The notes beneath the pieces are model-generated. The model searched no databases and had not been told where the DNA came from. It saw nothing but the letters and a program-made list of their open reading frames with translations. From Gnetum montanum (Eukaryota; Plantae; Gnetophyta), in contig MNCI01002657.1 in assembly GCA_015680685.1 (NCBI GenBank), forward strand, positions 225,858 through 289,857: 64,000 bases of DNA, given 5' to 3'. The position numbers and the translations under genes are program-made. Positions 49,056 through 62,400 of this stretch are shown in pieces (the first letter of the stretch is position 1; every line of letters begins with the position of its first letter).

Positions 49056-52000
49056 CTTTAAGAACAGTTCTATGTGCATTCCTAGAAGGAGAAGATATGC
49101 AAGTACTAGTAGGAGGAATAATAAATGTAGGTTGATTAGATGAAAATTTTGGTTTAGCTAGTGGAGGTTGTTTCCTTAAGGTTTTTTTGTAGGCTTTGCA
49201 TATCTCTATATATGAGTTGGATTATTTTGTGTAGAAGATAAGTAGTTTTATTGTTCTAATTTTGTAGCTTCACAATGTTAGATATATCTTCTCTTTTTTA
49301 GCTTCTTTCATATATAATTTATAAAATTTATGAGTAGGATTTTTTGAAGTAGCAGTATCAAGCTCTTTCAACTTATCAACTTGAGTGGTAGTAATGTGTT
49401 TATTTTGGGGTTTCCATTCATTTACGCCTTTGAACTCATATACATATTAATGTTTAATTTTTTCTTTTTCAACATATTTTGCCCTAATCTATTTCTCCAT
49501 GTCAACTAAGGCATCAAGATTATCTAAAGGAATGGATTGAAATTGTTTCACTAAGATTTTTATTTCACTATTTTTTTATTTCATCAAGAGCATATAAAAT
49601 AAGTGCCATTATCTACCCTAGTGTAAGTAATATTTTTATGAAGGTTTTTTTGGTTTTGCTATTTTTATGATTTTTTTTTGTTGAAAAGCAAAGTTTATTT
49701 CACTATCACTATCATTAAGGAAATCATTAATTTCTTCACTATTGCAATGTATAGAATTACTGGAGGAAGGAGTAGAGGAGAGAAACTTAGATATCTCTTG
49801 GTCTACATCAATTGGCTCTTCATCAAATTTAGAAGGGGAACTTAGATCTAGGGTTTGAGGAGAGTGAGTCTTAAAGTGATATTAAAATTCATGATGTGGA
49901 TTCATTCTTAATACTTTAGAAACTTTGAATATATTAATATCGAGTAGTCAGGCATGCTCTTTGCATGTATAATTAGGTGTCTAATTTTGAAGTTGTAAAT
50001 CGAATAGGATGGATCATTTATTGTGCTAGATCTAGGTTATTCTTGAAAGACCACTAATTTCAGCATGGCACTTTGAATGGAAAATAATTCAAGCCTTTTC
50101 AAGCATTCAGAAGAGAATTCTTGACCCACAACGTCAAGCTCAGATATACAAATGCAAGGGCTATCAGAATCAAAGATTTCCTGTCCAATTCGGCAAAATT
50201 GTGCTCTAGACTTGCAAACCCTGCTACCCAAAGAAGGAGGCAATTTGGTAAAGAGTGCAGGAGAGACTCTACTAACAGGGATCGCAACCATCATGTGCTG
50301 ATCCCAGAGTAATGCTGTTCAGATTCAGAAAGACAGGTAAGATAGTCCTGGGAGATGCAGTATATTGCAGCATTGACATTCCAAGATATGGGTTTTCAAA
50401 AAACCAAGAATTCGAGGAGCCGAGATCAAAGACTGAAGGGCAATACAGCCTGCAAAGACAATGTGCCTGTACCCAGCGGTAGAGATTTCTCAATGGTGAC
50501 AATTGTTGGAACAGGCAGACACCATCAGCATCGAAAGTGGGTGCCTTGTTTCTGCACATCACAGACACCGCCGGTTTCAGGAATCATTACATCCTCCGGT
50601 GCTTCGCAAAAATCGCCCATATTTAAAAAAAAAATTTGCTATCTTGTTTGATGCCTCGTGGACAGCGCATGCACAGAAAATTGTTGCCTTCACCAACGCT
50701 TTGTGGACAGCGCAAAGCACCAAAAATCACTGCTCCCGCTGCCACTGCTTGTTGTGCTGCCATTCCTCTGCTGCCCACTATGTCGCTGTCTCCTGCGCTG
50801 CCCACCAAGTCGCTGTTTCCACTGCCTGCCGCATTGCTGTTTCTGCTGCCTGCCGTGTTGCTGTTTCTACTGCCTGCTGCGCCGCCACTTCGCACCGTCC
50901 ACTGACCGCTGCACTGCTGCTTTAGGGTCATGCCACGCCGACCTGTTAGCTTAACAACTGCTAATATCCAGGAAGCCATAGTCAGCTTTGCTCCTCAACT
51001 GACAAACATGCCAGATTAAGCTCCTCTGTCGCAGCCGTAAATAATCCCTTCTATCTCCCATGCCTTAGCCAACAACCAGATTGGAATCCAAGATTGCAAG
51101 TAATTGAATCAGGAACAAACAAAAATCCGCTCTCAAGTTGCTAAAATTCTGCGTTTTTTGAAGCAAAACTTAGCTTCTATAGAGCTGGATTTCCAAAATA
51201 ACGAGCAGTGGAAGCAACAACCAGAAGCACCAGGAGCCCCATATTCTCGAAATTATGTGTAGCACCAAAATATTCAATAAGGGGAAATTGAAATTTCCAA
51301 AGAAAAAATAAACGACGACTACTACATTGAATATGTGAGATCCATGGACACGTAAGTCTGGATTTGGACAGGATCCATGTTCAATCTTTGGGAAGGAGGT
51401 GGATGAGCTGGATCAAGCAACAGCAACAACAGCAAAAACGCAGGTGTTAGGAATTTCAGGAATGAAATGGGTGGAGGCACCATCCAAATTTATACTCCAT
51501 TCCATGACACCAATAGCTTCCTGTGCGTTGGAACTCTCCAAACACATTGTTCATATGTGGAATGATACTACAAACATCAATGGGAGGAGGTGGAGGAAGA
51601 AGTGGAGAAGGAAGTATTTACTTCCGCTTTTCCAAGTAGGCAGGTAGAGCACCAGCGCGATCACGACCAAGCGCCTGATTCACAGTGAGATGCACGCGGG
51701 CATCTTACCTAAATTGTGCCTTTGACAGCAAGACCTAAGACGAGCCGAACGACATTGAGAAAAAAAGAGGGAAAAGAAGACAAAGAAGAAATAATATAAT
51801 TTTTCAAGGGAGCTGCTGTTGGAGCTAATCTTTCCAAATTTTCTAAAGTTTTATCACTCAAGGGCTTGTTTTTCTAATTTATTTGTATTTTTATGGGCTC
51901 AAATGACCCACAAGTTGTAAAATACATTGAACCTGGTCAAAGTATGCAATTTCCAACACACATCCAACTCGTGCACAACTATCCAACACAGATACATTGA

Positions 52001-53095
52001 ACCTGGTCAAAGCAAACCCTAGCCAAAACCCTAGCCCAATCCTATAAATACCCTATCAATTCACACAAACTGGGAGGAGGCAAGAGGAGCAAAGCAAAAG
52101 AAGCAAGAGAGGAAGGAAGAGAAGAAGAAGATTGGAAGAGGCAAAGATTGGAGAGATTGGCAATTCTGAAGGAAGACAGAACGTGCAATCCTTGGGCGCT
52201 TGGCACATCTGATTGTTGGCTTCCAAGTTCTTCTCACATTCATCCCATTTCATCGTCGCATCATCGTGTCATATCTTTCCGGGGCTAGGCATTTGACTTA
52301 CCATCCACACTTGTGCAACTACGCTTTGACCGGTGCACATTTTTTTAAAACAATATAATACATTTTCATTATTGCCTCCCATTTACATTATTTACTTTGG
52401 TTTATGCTTTGTTTACAATATAGCTCTGTTTACACTTTATTTATAATTAAGTACGCTCTGTTTACATTTCGTATCACTGTTTTTCATTCCGTTTACACAC
52501 CGTTTACGATAACCCCAGCGCTAGCCGTAGCTTACGCTTGGGGAAGTCCTTGGTTGATTTGCGTGTGAACCATCCAAGGCACTCTGCCTTCGTTTACTTT
52601 TCCAGCTTGCCCTTGGGTGAAGGCAGGGTCAGTTGTGGCTATCTGACGATCTCTTGGTGTTTGTTTCCTTTCCAGCCTTACACCGAAGATTTAGGTCAGT
52701 ACAATTCTGACTTAGAAGTAGAAGGTCGAGAAATAAATGTTTCCTTATCTAAAGAAGAGTCTTTAGGTAGATAGAAAGGTCTCTTAGAGAAATTGGCAAA
52801 GGAATCTAGTAGAATGGGCTCATGTGGTGTAAATTTTTTAATTTTAAGAGGTACAAAGTAGTTATGCTTAGGCATATTGGCTAGTTTAAAGAATGAAGTT
52901 TAAGGTTTGGATAATTTGTAGTAGGATTGGACTAGGTTTTCAAGGTAAGGATAAGAAATTTGTAATCCTTCTAGGTCGATGAAAACGTCATATTCGACAT
53001 TAGAAGTACTTGTTTCCCAAAAAGAATCAAAGTGAAAATAGTAATAGTAGAGGCCAAATGGAAATACAGATGAGATTCAATAGTAGCATAGACAA
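49056..53095 (-). repeat. Left (inverted) arm of the caulimovirid fold-back duplication, split by a solo LTR into 49056-50043 and 52704-53095
   Basis: Reverse complement aligns colinearly with 53165-54570, e.g. CCTAGAAGGAGAAGATATGCAAGTACTAGTAGGAGG versus CCTCCTACTAGTACTTGGATATCTTCTCCTTCTAGG. Confidence 0.9.
50044..52703 (+). mobile_element. Large (2660 bp) solo LTR
   Basis: TG..CA termini; exact TSD ATTCT at 50039-50043 and 52704-52708; viral sequence rejoins across it; CCTATAAATACCC TATA at ~52041-52053; 24-bp tandem units at 50770-50880; GC- and CpG-richer than its surroundings. Confidence 0.85.
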
Positions 53096-54652
53096 ATAGA
53101 GCTTCCATGGATATGGGAATATAGACAATGAGCATTAAGGATTTGAGTACAATGAGCTTCCATGGATCTATCTATGCTACTCTAGGATCTTGTTTGTCTT
53201 TTCGTTTGGCCTCTACTATTACTATTTCCACTTTAATTCCTTTTGGACAAAACATGATCCAAGAAGGTACTTCTAATGTCAAATGTGGGATTTTTGTCAA
53301 CTCGGAAGGGTTACCAGTTTCTTGTCATTGCCTTGACGACTGAGTCCAATCCTACTACAAACTGTCCAAACCTCAAACTTCATTCCTTGGACCAACCAAG
53401 ATGCCTAAGCATCACTACCTTGTACCTCTTAAAACTGAAATATTTACACCACATGAGCCCATTCTACTAGATTTCTCTACCAATTCCTCTTAGAGACCTC
53501 TCTATCTACCTAAAGACTCTTCTTCAGATGAGGAAACTTTTGTTTTTAGACCTTCTACTTTTGAGTTGGAATATCCTAGATCTAGCTTAGTAATTGATCC
53601 ATCCTATGCATATTTACAACTTCAAAAGTGGACACATAATTATAGGTGCAAAGAGGATGCCTCACTACTCAATATTAGTACATTCAAAATTTCTGAAGTA
53701 TTAAGAATGGATCCAAATAAATAATTTTGGTATCACTTTGAGCCTCACTCTCTTCAAAACCTAGATCTATGTCCTCCTAAATTTGATGAAGAGCTAATTA
53801 ATTTAGACCAAGAGATAGCTAAGTTTCTCTCCTATACTCCTTCCTTGAGTGATCTTGTACATTACAATAGTGAAGAAATTAATGATTTTCTTAATGATCA
53901 TGATAGTGATATTGCCTTTGGTTTTTAACAAAAACAAAAACATCATAAAAATAGGAAAACCAAAAAACCTTCATAAAAATCTTACACTAGGATAGATAAT
54001 GGTACTCATTTTAGATTTGCATGACAATAAGAGAAAAAAATTAAAAAAATAATTAGTGAAATTGAAATCTTAGTGAAATAGTATTAATCCATGCCTTTAG
54101 ATAATCTTGATGTCTTAGTTGCTAAACAGAAAGAGATTATGGTAAAATATGCTGAAAAAGAAAAAATTGGACATGAATATGTATATGAGTTGAAGGGCTT
54201 AAATGAATAGAAACCCCCACATAAACACATTAGTACTGCTTAGGTTGATAAGTTGAAAGAACTTGGTACTGCTACTTTAGCAAATCCTACTCATAAATTT
54301 TATAAATTATATATGAAAGGAGCTAAAAAAGTAGAAGATATATCTAACACTATCAAGCTACAAAATTAGAACAATGAAACTACTTATCATCTACACAAAA
54401 AAATCCAACTCATAGATAGAGATATGCAAAGCCTACAAAAAAAACTTAAGGAAAAAACCTCCACTAGCTAAACCAAAATCTGCATCTAATCAGCCTACAT
54501 TTATTATTCCTCCTACTAGTACTTGGATATCTTCTCCTTCTAGGAATGCACATAGAAATCTTCTTAAAGGAAAAACAAAGCAAATACATGCTATCAAAGT
54601 TACATAAGTAGATCAATAATTTGCTTATTCTCACAGATTTAGAATACAACAA

Positions 54653-55645
54653 ATGGAAGTTAATGTTCCACACATTCCCAATATTCGTACTATTCCTACT
54701 AAAAAAATCACCTTCAATATAGATGAAGTTGACTATGTAGAAAAGCACCTTATGATACAAAAAATAGGTGGTTTAATAGATACTTATGTAGCTCTCCAAT
54801 GTAAGACTATTAGAGAAGCTATACAAAGTATCATCTTTGGATTTATAGGTATGTTACATTTATGGTTGGAGACTCTTCCCAAAGATCCATTAGATGTCAA
54901 GGAAGAATTATTAAATTCTTGAAATAAAGATGTTATTAATGCTCTAATAAAACAATTTATGGGCATTAAAACTAAATTATCAAAGTTTGTGAAAGAACAT
55001 TTCCTTAAAGCCAAATTAGAAGATATGTCTAAATTAGATGAAGATCTACACCAAAGGATGATTTGGTATTATACTAGAGGTTCACTACATGATAATACCA
55101 CTAAAAGTACGTGTTTATTCTCCTTCACTAATTATTTTAAAGATCATTACAAAGTTGAAATGGGAGCTCGTAGTAAGGATATAGAATCCATGAGGTTTGG
55201 GAAAATATGCCAATTCATTAAAGAAGCTCACTTTCTTATGTGTTCTGAGATCAAAGCCCAATGTGCTATGTACAAAAATAAGAAGCAATTTGGGCATTCT
55301 TTCTGCTATTAGCATTTCCTTGATTATTATGGCTTGTGAAAACCTCTTGAACTTAGGACTAAGAAAATGTCTAAGAAGAAGCCTTGTGAAAACTACCAAC
55401 ATAAAAAATCCAAGGCTTCTTACTTCTTCAAGCAAGATTCAAAACCTAAGTTCAATAAGAAAAAGAAATATTATAGACAAAGTAAGACTAGAAGATCTTC
55501 TAAGGACATACAATGCTTTATATGTGGCCAAAATCACTATGCTCATAAGTGTTCTAATAAGAAAAATAACAAAAACTTTAACTTCATTACTAATTATGAT
55601 ATTAATGAATCTTGGTTTGATTGCCATGAAGATTTTGACTATTGA
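54653..55645 (+). pseudogene. Caulimovirid capsid protein with zinc knuckle
   Basis: ORF pieces 54653-54922, 54959-55312 and 55367-55645 are in one frame, separated by stops; IIFGFIGMLHLW; Cx2Cx4Hx4C. Confidence 0.8.
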
Positions 55646-56849
55646 ATAACTGACATTGAACTTTCTAGGGATGAAACTTTAGATCATGATCTTTCTATTC
55701 CTGAGGATCAATGTTCATAGTCGTTCCATAGATTAGAAGACATGTCTAATCAAACTTTTTATTGCCATAATTTTCATATTAATACTTGTAGTTTACATAA
55801 AGAATTTGAGATAGTTATAGAAAAATTAAAAGTCTTGAAAAAAAAGTTTAAGCAACTTCTTGTATATGAAATGAATAAGCGTATTTCCATTCAAAAAAGA
55901 ATAGATCAACAAAATGATCTTCTAGGTTAGTTAAGACATAAATTAGTAGTTTAAACTACTAGATAATGTTCTCCCTCTAGGTAGGATGAAGAAGAATCCC
56001 AACTAGACCCAGAATACACATGAAATCCAACCTATGATGTATTTACTTGATCTTCTTCTTAACCCGAACCTAGAGTACCTAAATAAACTATTCAAACTTA
56101 GGCTATTGTTAGGCAAGCCAGAATCCAACAACCAAAAGGCTTCCTAGCTAGAGCTACAACTGAACTTGAACAATTAGAACAAGAAGAAGAAGCATATCAA
56201 AAGGCTCAATATGAAAGAGAAGTTCAAGCTTCTATCCAATAGAATGAGGACTCACCTTATACAATATTTATGTGCAATATGACTATTCTCCCTATTTGCA
56301 CATTGACAATAAAAATTCCTTATTTCAAACCTTACCCCATTGATGTTCTAATGGATTTAGGAGTAGGAACAAGGCTAGCCAGGTTTTTAGTTATTCCTAA
56401 TGATCTTTGGATTAGAAATAGACCTTTGTCATTACAGTTTAATCACAGTAGATAAAAGTCTAAATTTGATGCTAATTTTCCTTTCCAAATAGGTAATAAA
56501 TAGAACAAATTAAAGTTTTACATTGCTAATTAGTAGAATATGACATGTTAATAGGAATTGATAGTCTAGATTTAACTAGTCCTTATTCTATTAACAATAA
56601 TCATATTACTTAGGGATCTATCAGTTATCAACATAAATTTTCATACCAATCTAGATTTTAAAGGTCTTAAAAATTAAAGGAACAAAATCCCCAATGGATT
56701 ATAAATGCAATCAATAAAGCCACTAACTAGATTGATGAAATAAAAACTAAAATAATAAAGATTGTGCAAGAGATGATTCAATAGCTTTTTGGCACATTAA
56801 GTCCCATTGGTGAAACATAGATTTTAAATTTAAAGATAAAATTTTAAAG

Positions 56850-58110
56850 ATGACAGCACCTCACATTGGTATGTCTCCATCTCTCCAAAAAGAATGCCAA
56901 AAAGAAATGGATGATTTATTACAAAAGGGACTTCTCTAACCTAGTAAAAGTCCTCTTTCTTATGCAACATTTTATATAAATAAACATAGTGAATAGGTAT
57001 GAGGTAAGAAAAGACTTCTTGTTAATTACAAGCCATCAAACAATAACATTGAAGTAGTCCAACATCCAATTCCATAAATGGATGACTTACTTCAAAAAAT
57101 TCAAGGAAGCCATATCTACTCCAAGTTTGATATTAAAAGTGATTTTTGGTAGATAAGAGTAATCTCACATGATTGATATAAAACTGCCTTAACTATCCCA
57201 CATAGCTTGTTTGAATGGACAATCTTCCCTTCAGTTTAAAAACTGCATCATCCATATTTCAAAAAATGATGGATAATATTTTTAAAGAATGTTTTTCATT
57301 TTAATATTATTAATTGAAAATATTAGTATATTTAGCAAAAATCTTGAGCAACATCTCTAGCATCTCCATGAATTTCACAAGATAGTTTGTAACAACGGTA
57401 TAGTTCTCTCTCCAACATAGATGTTAATAGTTGTACCAAATGTTTCTTTCTTAGGAATTCGAATATCTAATAGTAACATCCTTATGCAGCAACATTTTTT
57501 GACTAACTTATGTAAATTCGTAGATGAGATTCTAGAAAAAACTCAATTACAATGATTTCTAGGATGTATCAATTATCTAGTGGGTTTCTATGAACATATT
57601 GCTAAGGATTGTAATATTTTAAACCACCAACTCAAAAAAGATCCTTCAACCTAGATAGAAGAATGCATTACTGCTATGAAAAGAATAAAAGAGAAATGTC
57701 AACATCTTCCCAATCTTAGAGTTCTTGGTATAGAACTGAAGATTATTGAAACAAATGCCTCTCATAAATATTGGGGGTGCAATCTTAAAATAAAAAGATA
57801 ATAATAAAGAATAGGTGTGCAAATATGCCTTAGACAGTTTCAACTAAGCTTAACAGAATTATCATAATAGACATAAGGAATTATTAGCTATAATGAAAGG
57901 TATTGAAAGTTGTAGATTATTTTTTCAAAATGACAAATTTATAGTAAGAAATGATTTAAAATTTTTTTCTAGTTTTTTAAATTCTAAGACTACAAGTAAG
58001 CTAGCCCACAAAAGATTGGTTAGATGGTTATTATGATTAGCTAATTTTGATTTTGTTTGTTAATATATTTTTGGAAAGGCTAACTCTCTTGCTAATTTCT
58101 TAACCCATGG
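56850..58110 (+). pseudogene. Caulimovirid reverse transcriptase / RNase H
   Basis: Motifs as listed for the element; many stops and frameshifts. Confidence 0.88.
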
Positions 58111-59272
58111 GTTTCATTAATAGTTGTATTCCAATGCAAAGAATTTTAGACATGCTCTACTCATCTCTTTTGACTAGATGATGCTAGACATTTGTCTAAT
58201 TTATTTACTTTCTTAAGGTGAAATGCCAGTAGATTCTTAACTTTTATTGGTTATCTAATAACCTGGCATGTAGGTCAAGTGATATCTCATAGGCTCAACT
58301 TAGTTCATACTCACGACCTTTCTCTGTATAATAAATTAAAAATAGTAAAGTTGTTCCATCTAGCTATTCCACCAAAGCTAGAGATCACTTGGCACACCTA
58401 GCCATTGCATAATTTTGGTACCTCTTTTCATGTTTTCCAGATCACTTTGGATGTATGGGATGGACCCAATCTTTATTTTAGAGATTGGTGGAACTATTAT
58501 AGGCACTAACCAATTCATTTACTACAAGAGACTCCAATTGACTTGATGGATATATCAAATAATGGTAATCATTATAATTTCCAAGCCAATCCCCTGGCAA
58601 GGGAAGTCTATGAATGACATTATGGTGAATCATTATCATGGTACCTTTGTACAAATATTACTTGTAGAAGGTCCAATTCTCCACCATATACTATTATTAC
58701 TATAATGATATTTATACCATAAATAGTTGTGATCTTATTCAATAGTACTGGGCTCATAATATTGACAATCTCATCAGCTCACAACTTTATTTGTTGGATC
58801 CCTATGTAGGAGATCATTGCTTGTACGTCATGCGTGAAATTGAATTGACATGATGGTAGGAAAATGAATGAAAAATCATCTACTAATAGCCATGTTTGGT
58901 TTGACAATACCTTTGAAGATAGTTGTTGATATGTCAAGATTCACTTTTTACTATACATAGTTAGTGGATAGCTTCAGTAGTGTACTATGAACCATGTGTA
59001 TGGTCCTTATGTAAAGAGTTTGATGCTCTTTTCATACCTTATCTTTTTGTTGTAAGCATCGTATTGGCTCCTTGAATCTATATAAGCACCTCAAGAGGCA
59101 TTCAAAGATAGAAGCTTCAAGCTCATTTCTAAAGCATTCCTTGAGAAGTATCCCTGGAGTCCTTGTAAAGCTATTTCAGTTTTGGAATAAAGCTCTTTGG
59201 TTTGTGCTTAAGACTCTCTATTCCTATTGCATTTTAAATGATTATGATCTCATTTTAAGAGAGCTTAAGAGT

Positions 59273-59285
59273 TGGTATTGGAGCC
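59273..59285 (+). promoter_or_regulatory. Degenerate tRNA-iMet primer-binding site of the caulimovirid
   Basis: TGGTATTGGAGCC versus consensus TGGTATCAGAGCC, downstream of a TATA and a poly(A) signal as in caulimovirid intergenic regions. Confidence 0.65.
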
Positions 59286-59473
59286 TTGGTTTCATTTCTT
59301 TTCGTTCTACCATCCTTATAGAATTGGCACACGTAAGACTACAAGTGTGATTTGTAGCATTTCGTTTCATGGAGCTTGAGATTGCGTAAGTCTTGCTAAA
59401 GCTAATAGACATGCATTATGACAAAGAGATTTTTCTTATTGTTGTGAACAAATTTCTAGAAATTTTTTTCTAT

Positions 59474-62400
59474 TGATGCATGCATGTTGATGCATCATTA
59501 TCAATGCATCTTAGGATGTGTTGGTGCATGTGCATCGATGCTGATCCTCCTGAAGCCTATATAAGTGTGCACACTAGCCACATTTATAGCATCATTGGTC
59601 AATTCCTTAGATAAACTCTTATAGCTTTCTCTCATAGAACTTAGCAAACTTTCCCTCTAAGTGCTTGCAGGAAAGATTGAATTGATTGTACAGAATCTTA
59701 TTTGAGTGCAATACATACCTCAACATAGTTACATAAATAGAAATAAAATCTAGATTTCTTCTCTTCATTGTAGCACTTGGATTATTTTTAGTTTACTTTC
59801 TAGTACTCTACTTTAAATGATATTTTTTCTTGTACTTAAGTGTTTAATATTCTAATTCATAGGTAACATAAGTATGACCACTTCGAGCATAATATACTAA
59901 CGCTTGATAATCCTAGTAGGGAATACTTGATACATCCAGTAGTAAACACTTGGTAAACTAGAAATGTTAGTATACATTTAGGATGTATATAGAAAATGGG
60001 GATAAATGTTCCACATTTAAGATAGTTTAATTATTAATTATTAATGTTAATGTTTCAACCCTTATTTTATTAATCATTTTATAGATTAAGAAAATAATAA
60101 AAATTACAAAAATAAATATTTTTCACCTTAATCATAGTTAGTCATATGAAGAATATTAATACAAATAATGATTAAGAACATAATAACTAGTAACTACATG
60201 TTTGACTGTCTAAGAACATTGGCCACTTACGTAGAATGAGTTCATGGAATTTGACTAGATTGTGTGTATATGCTTTGATTCCTATAGTTGAGTGTAGGGA
60301 ATACCCATTGTTCATCATTGGTGCGATTGCTAAGAACTTCGTTTTAGCTATGTATGCTAAGTGTTTTTAGATAGTAAGATCATGCAAAGTCATTTTATGA
60401 TGTATAATACATAATCCTAAAAAGATAATATTTTATTTAAGGTACATCACATAAGAGCAAACTAAGATGTCTTATTATTGTAGGGTTGATTCATCACATG
60501 CTGATGATCCTAACAAGCAACATGATAGATGTAGAAGGAATGGTGATGAGATACCTTAACAACTAAAGTTTTTTTATGCATATATGGATCCCTATTATCT
60601 AGACTTCACTTTCGTCCTTCATCATGATAAACAACTACACTAGAGAGACTTGGAGAGTAATGTTGTGTTGTCTCCTAATCATTCTATTCCTTCAATATTT
60701 ATGAAGTGTCTTATAAAGCCAGGGCTTGAATCAATAGCCCTAGATTACCAAATCAAGGAGCACTGCTCTAGGGACTTTCAGTTAATAGATGCTTAACTTC
60801 AAAAAGATAAATTCATTGAGGCATCCCATGAAGCCTATAAGGATAAAAAGGTCCTAATCTCACTAAATTAAAAATTAGAGAGGAAGAACCCCTGACTTCC
60901 ATTAGGGCTATCCCAACACTTAGGTCCTCCTCTCTTTGGTGAGGCAATGTGGCTTGTTAATGGTTATGTTCAACCTTGGCAAGTAATCAATGTAAGGGGA
61001 GAATTAGTTTAAGAACTACGGGAACCTCAAGGCCAAGGTCCCATAGTCATTCATCAAAAGAACAATTAAGAAATCAAAGAAGGATGGCAAGTTGGCATAA
61101 CTCTCCTAGTCCTCCATCATCATCATTTTCCTCATTTTCAAAATTTAATAAGTGGGATAGGAGAAATGATTGAGGCCAAGATGGAGATGATAGAAGACCC
61201 CATCATAGTGATGGGAGGATGGGGCATAGACAATAACACAAAGAGGAGGAACATAATTAGGAAAGAAGGCATAATAGGTAACATCATAGGAGACATGGCC
61301 ATGATAGGGCCCACAATGAATATGATGACTATGATGAGCCACTACTTACTAAAAGAAGCATGATAAATATAGTTCATATTTCCACCATGCATCAAAGGGA
61401 TAGTTGAATCAAATGGCTTGATATAAATAACACTCCTAATTTTGAAGAAGGGTATAATGCTAATCCACAACATCATTTTTAAGCCTTTAATGATGCTTGT
61501 GCCTTACACAACATTGAGAATAAGTGGAAGAAGCTCAAACTATTTTGTAGGACACTCATAAAAAAATCTAAGTGTTAGTATTGGTCTTTGGAGTTAGAAT
61601 ATATCCGTAGATGAAGTATAGTGTTGGAGCTATTCAATGATAAGCATCAAACATATTTTAGAGTGTTTAACTTGAGGAAACAAGTTCAAGAGTGAAAAAA
61701 AGATAATTATGAATCCCTTGATGTAGTCTTGGGAAGATATTACTTTCTTTTACATTGATGCTGAGGTCATGATTTTTCTCAAAAAGAATAGCTTCACCAC
61801 GTGATAGATGGAATTAGAAATAAAACTAGAGAGACTCTTGGGATTTATGCCAAAGGGAGATGTTTAGAAATGAGAGCTCATTAGATCCAAAGGCTTGTTG
61901 ATTAAGTGGTCAAGGAAGAGGAAGAACTAAAATAGCAATAAAAATGGAAAAGAGTGCAATAGAGGCTCCTCCATTCATAAAAAGAAGATACATATATGTG
62001 ATCCTAAGGAGGAAGCACCATTGGAAGAAGTGATACAAAGAAAAACCTCATTGATTCAAAAATATTTAATAAAGATATTGGCTAAGGTGGATAAAATATG
62101 GGACTCCTTAAATGAGAGGTTCCAAATTGCTTTAAAAATTATGGAGAAGAAATTGAAGTAGGGGAAAAAAATAAAAAATAGAAGGAAAAGAAAGAATGCA
62201 AGGAATGACTACTATCAATAGAGAGGTAAGGCTATGGTAGTTGATGAGGTTGTAGATTTTAAGACAGAAGAGGAAGGATGTGATATCTTCCTATATGAAC
62301 ATCCCAAGGGATGTTGTGTTGTATTATCACACTTATAGGGTTTATAGTTTGAACCCAAAATTTTCAAGAACGAAACCACCTAAGAGATTACCTTATTCAC

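Larger units (their letters stand above)
53165..59470 (+). mobile_element. Endogenous caulimovirid (pararetrovirus), florendovirus-like, decayed
   Basis: Colinear capsid with K-rich region and CFICGQNHYAHKC knuckle (~55510), protease (~56290-56620), RT (SKSPLSYATFYINKHSE..GKKRLLVNYKP, IYSKFDIKSDFW, EKTQLQ*FLGCINY) and RNase H (IIETNAS..WG). No integrase. TATA (~59080), AATAAA (~59185) and Met PBS TGGTATTGGAGCC (59273-59285) follow. Confidence 0.9.

Noticed and set aside
50037-50979. Cluster of overlapping ORFs on both strands (up to 140 aa) suggesting a host gene
   Set aside because: They lie inside the TG..CA, TSD-bounded solo LTR. The open frames are explained by GC-rich 24-bp tandem repeats, and there is no recognisable domain.
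49056-54570. Inverted repeat as an assembly artefact or as TIRs of a DNA transposon
   Set aside because: The arms differ by many substitutions and indels, and one carries a TSD-flanked insertion, so this is not a read chimera. The arms are viral coding sequence that continues into the capsid, so they are not TIRs.
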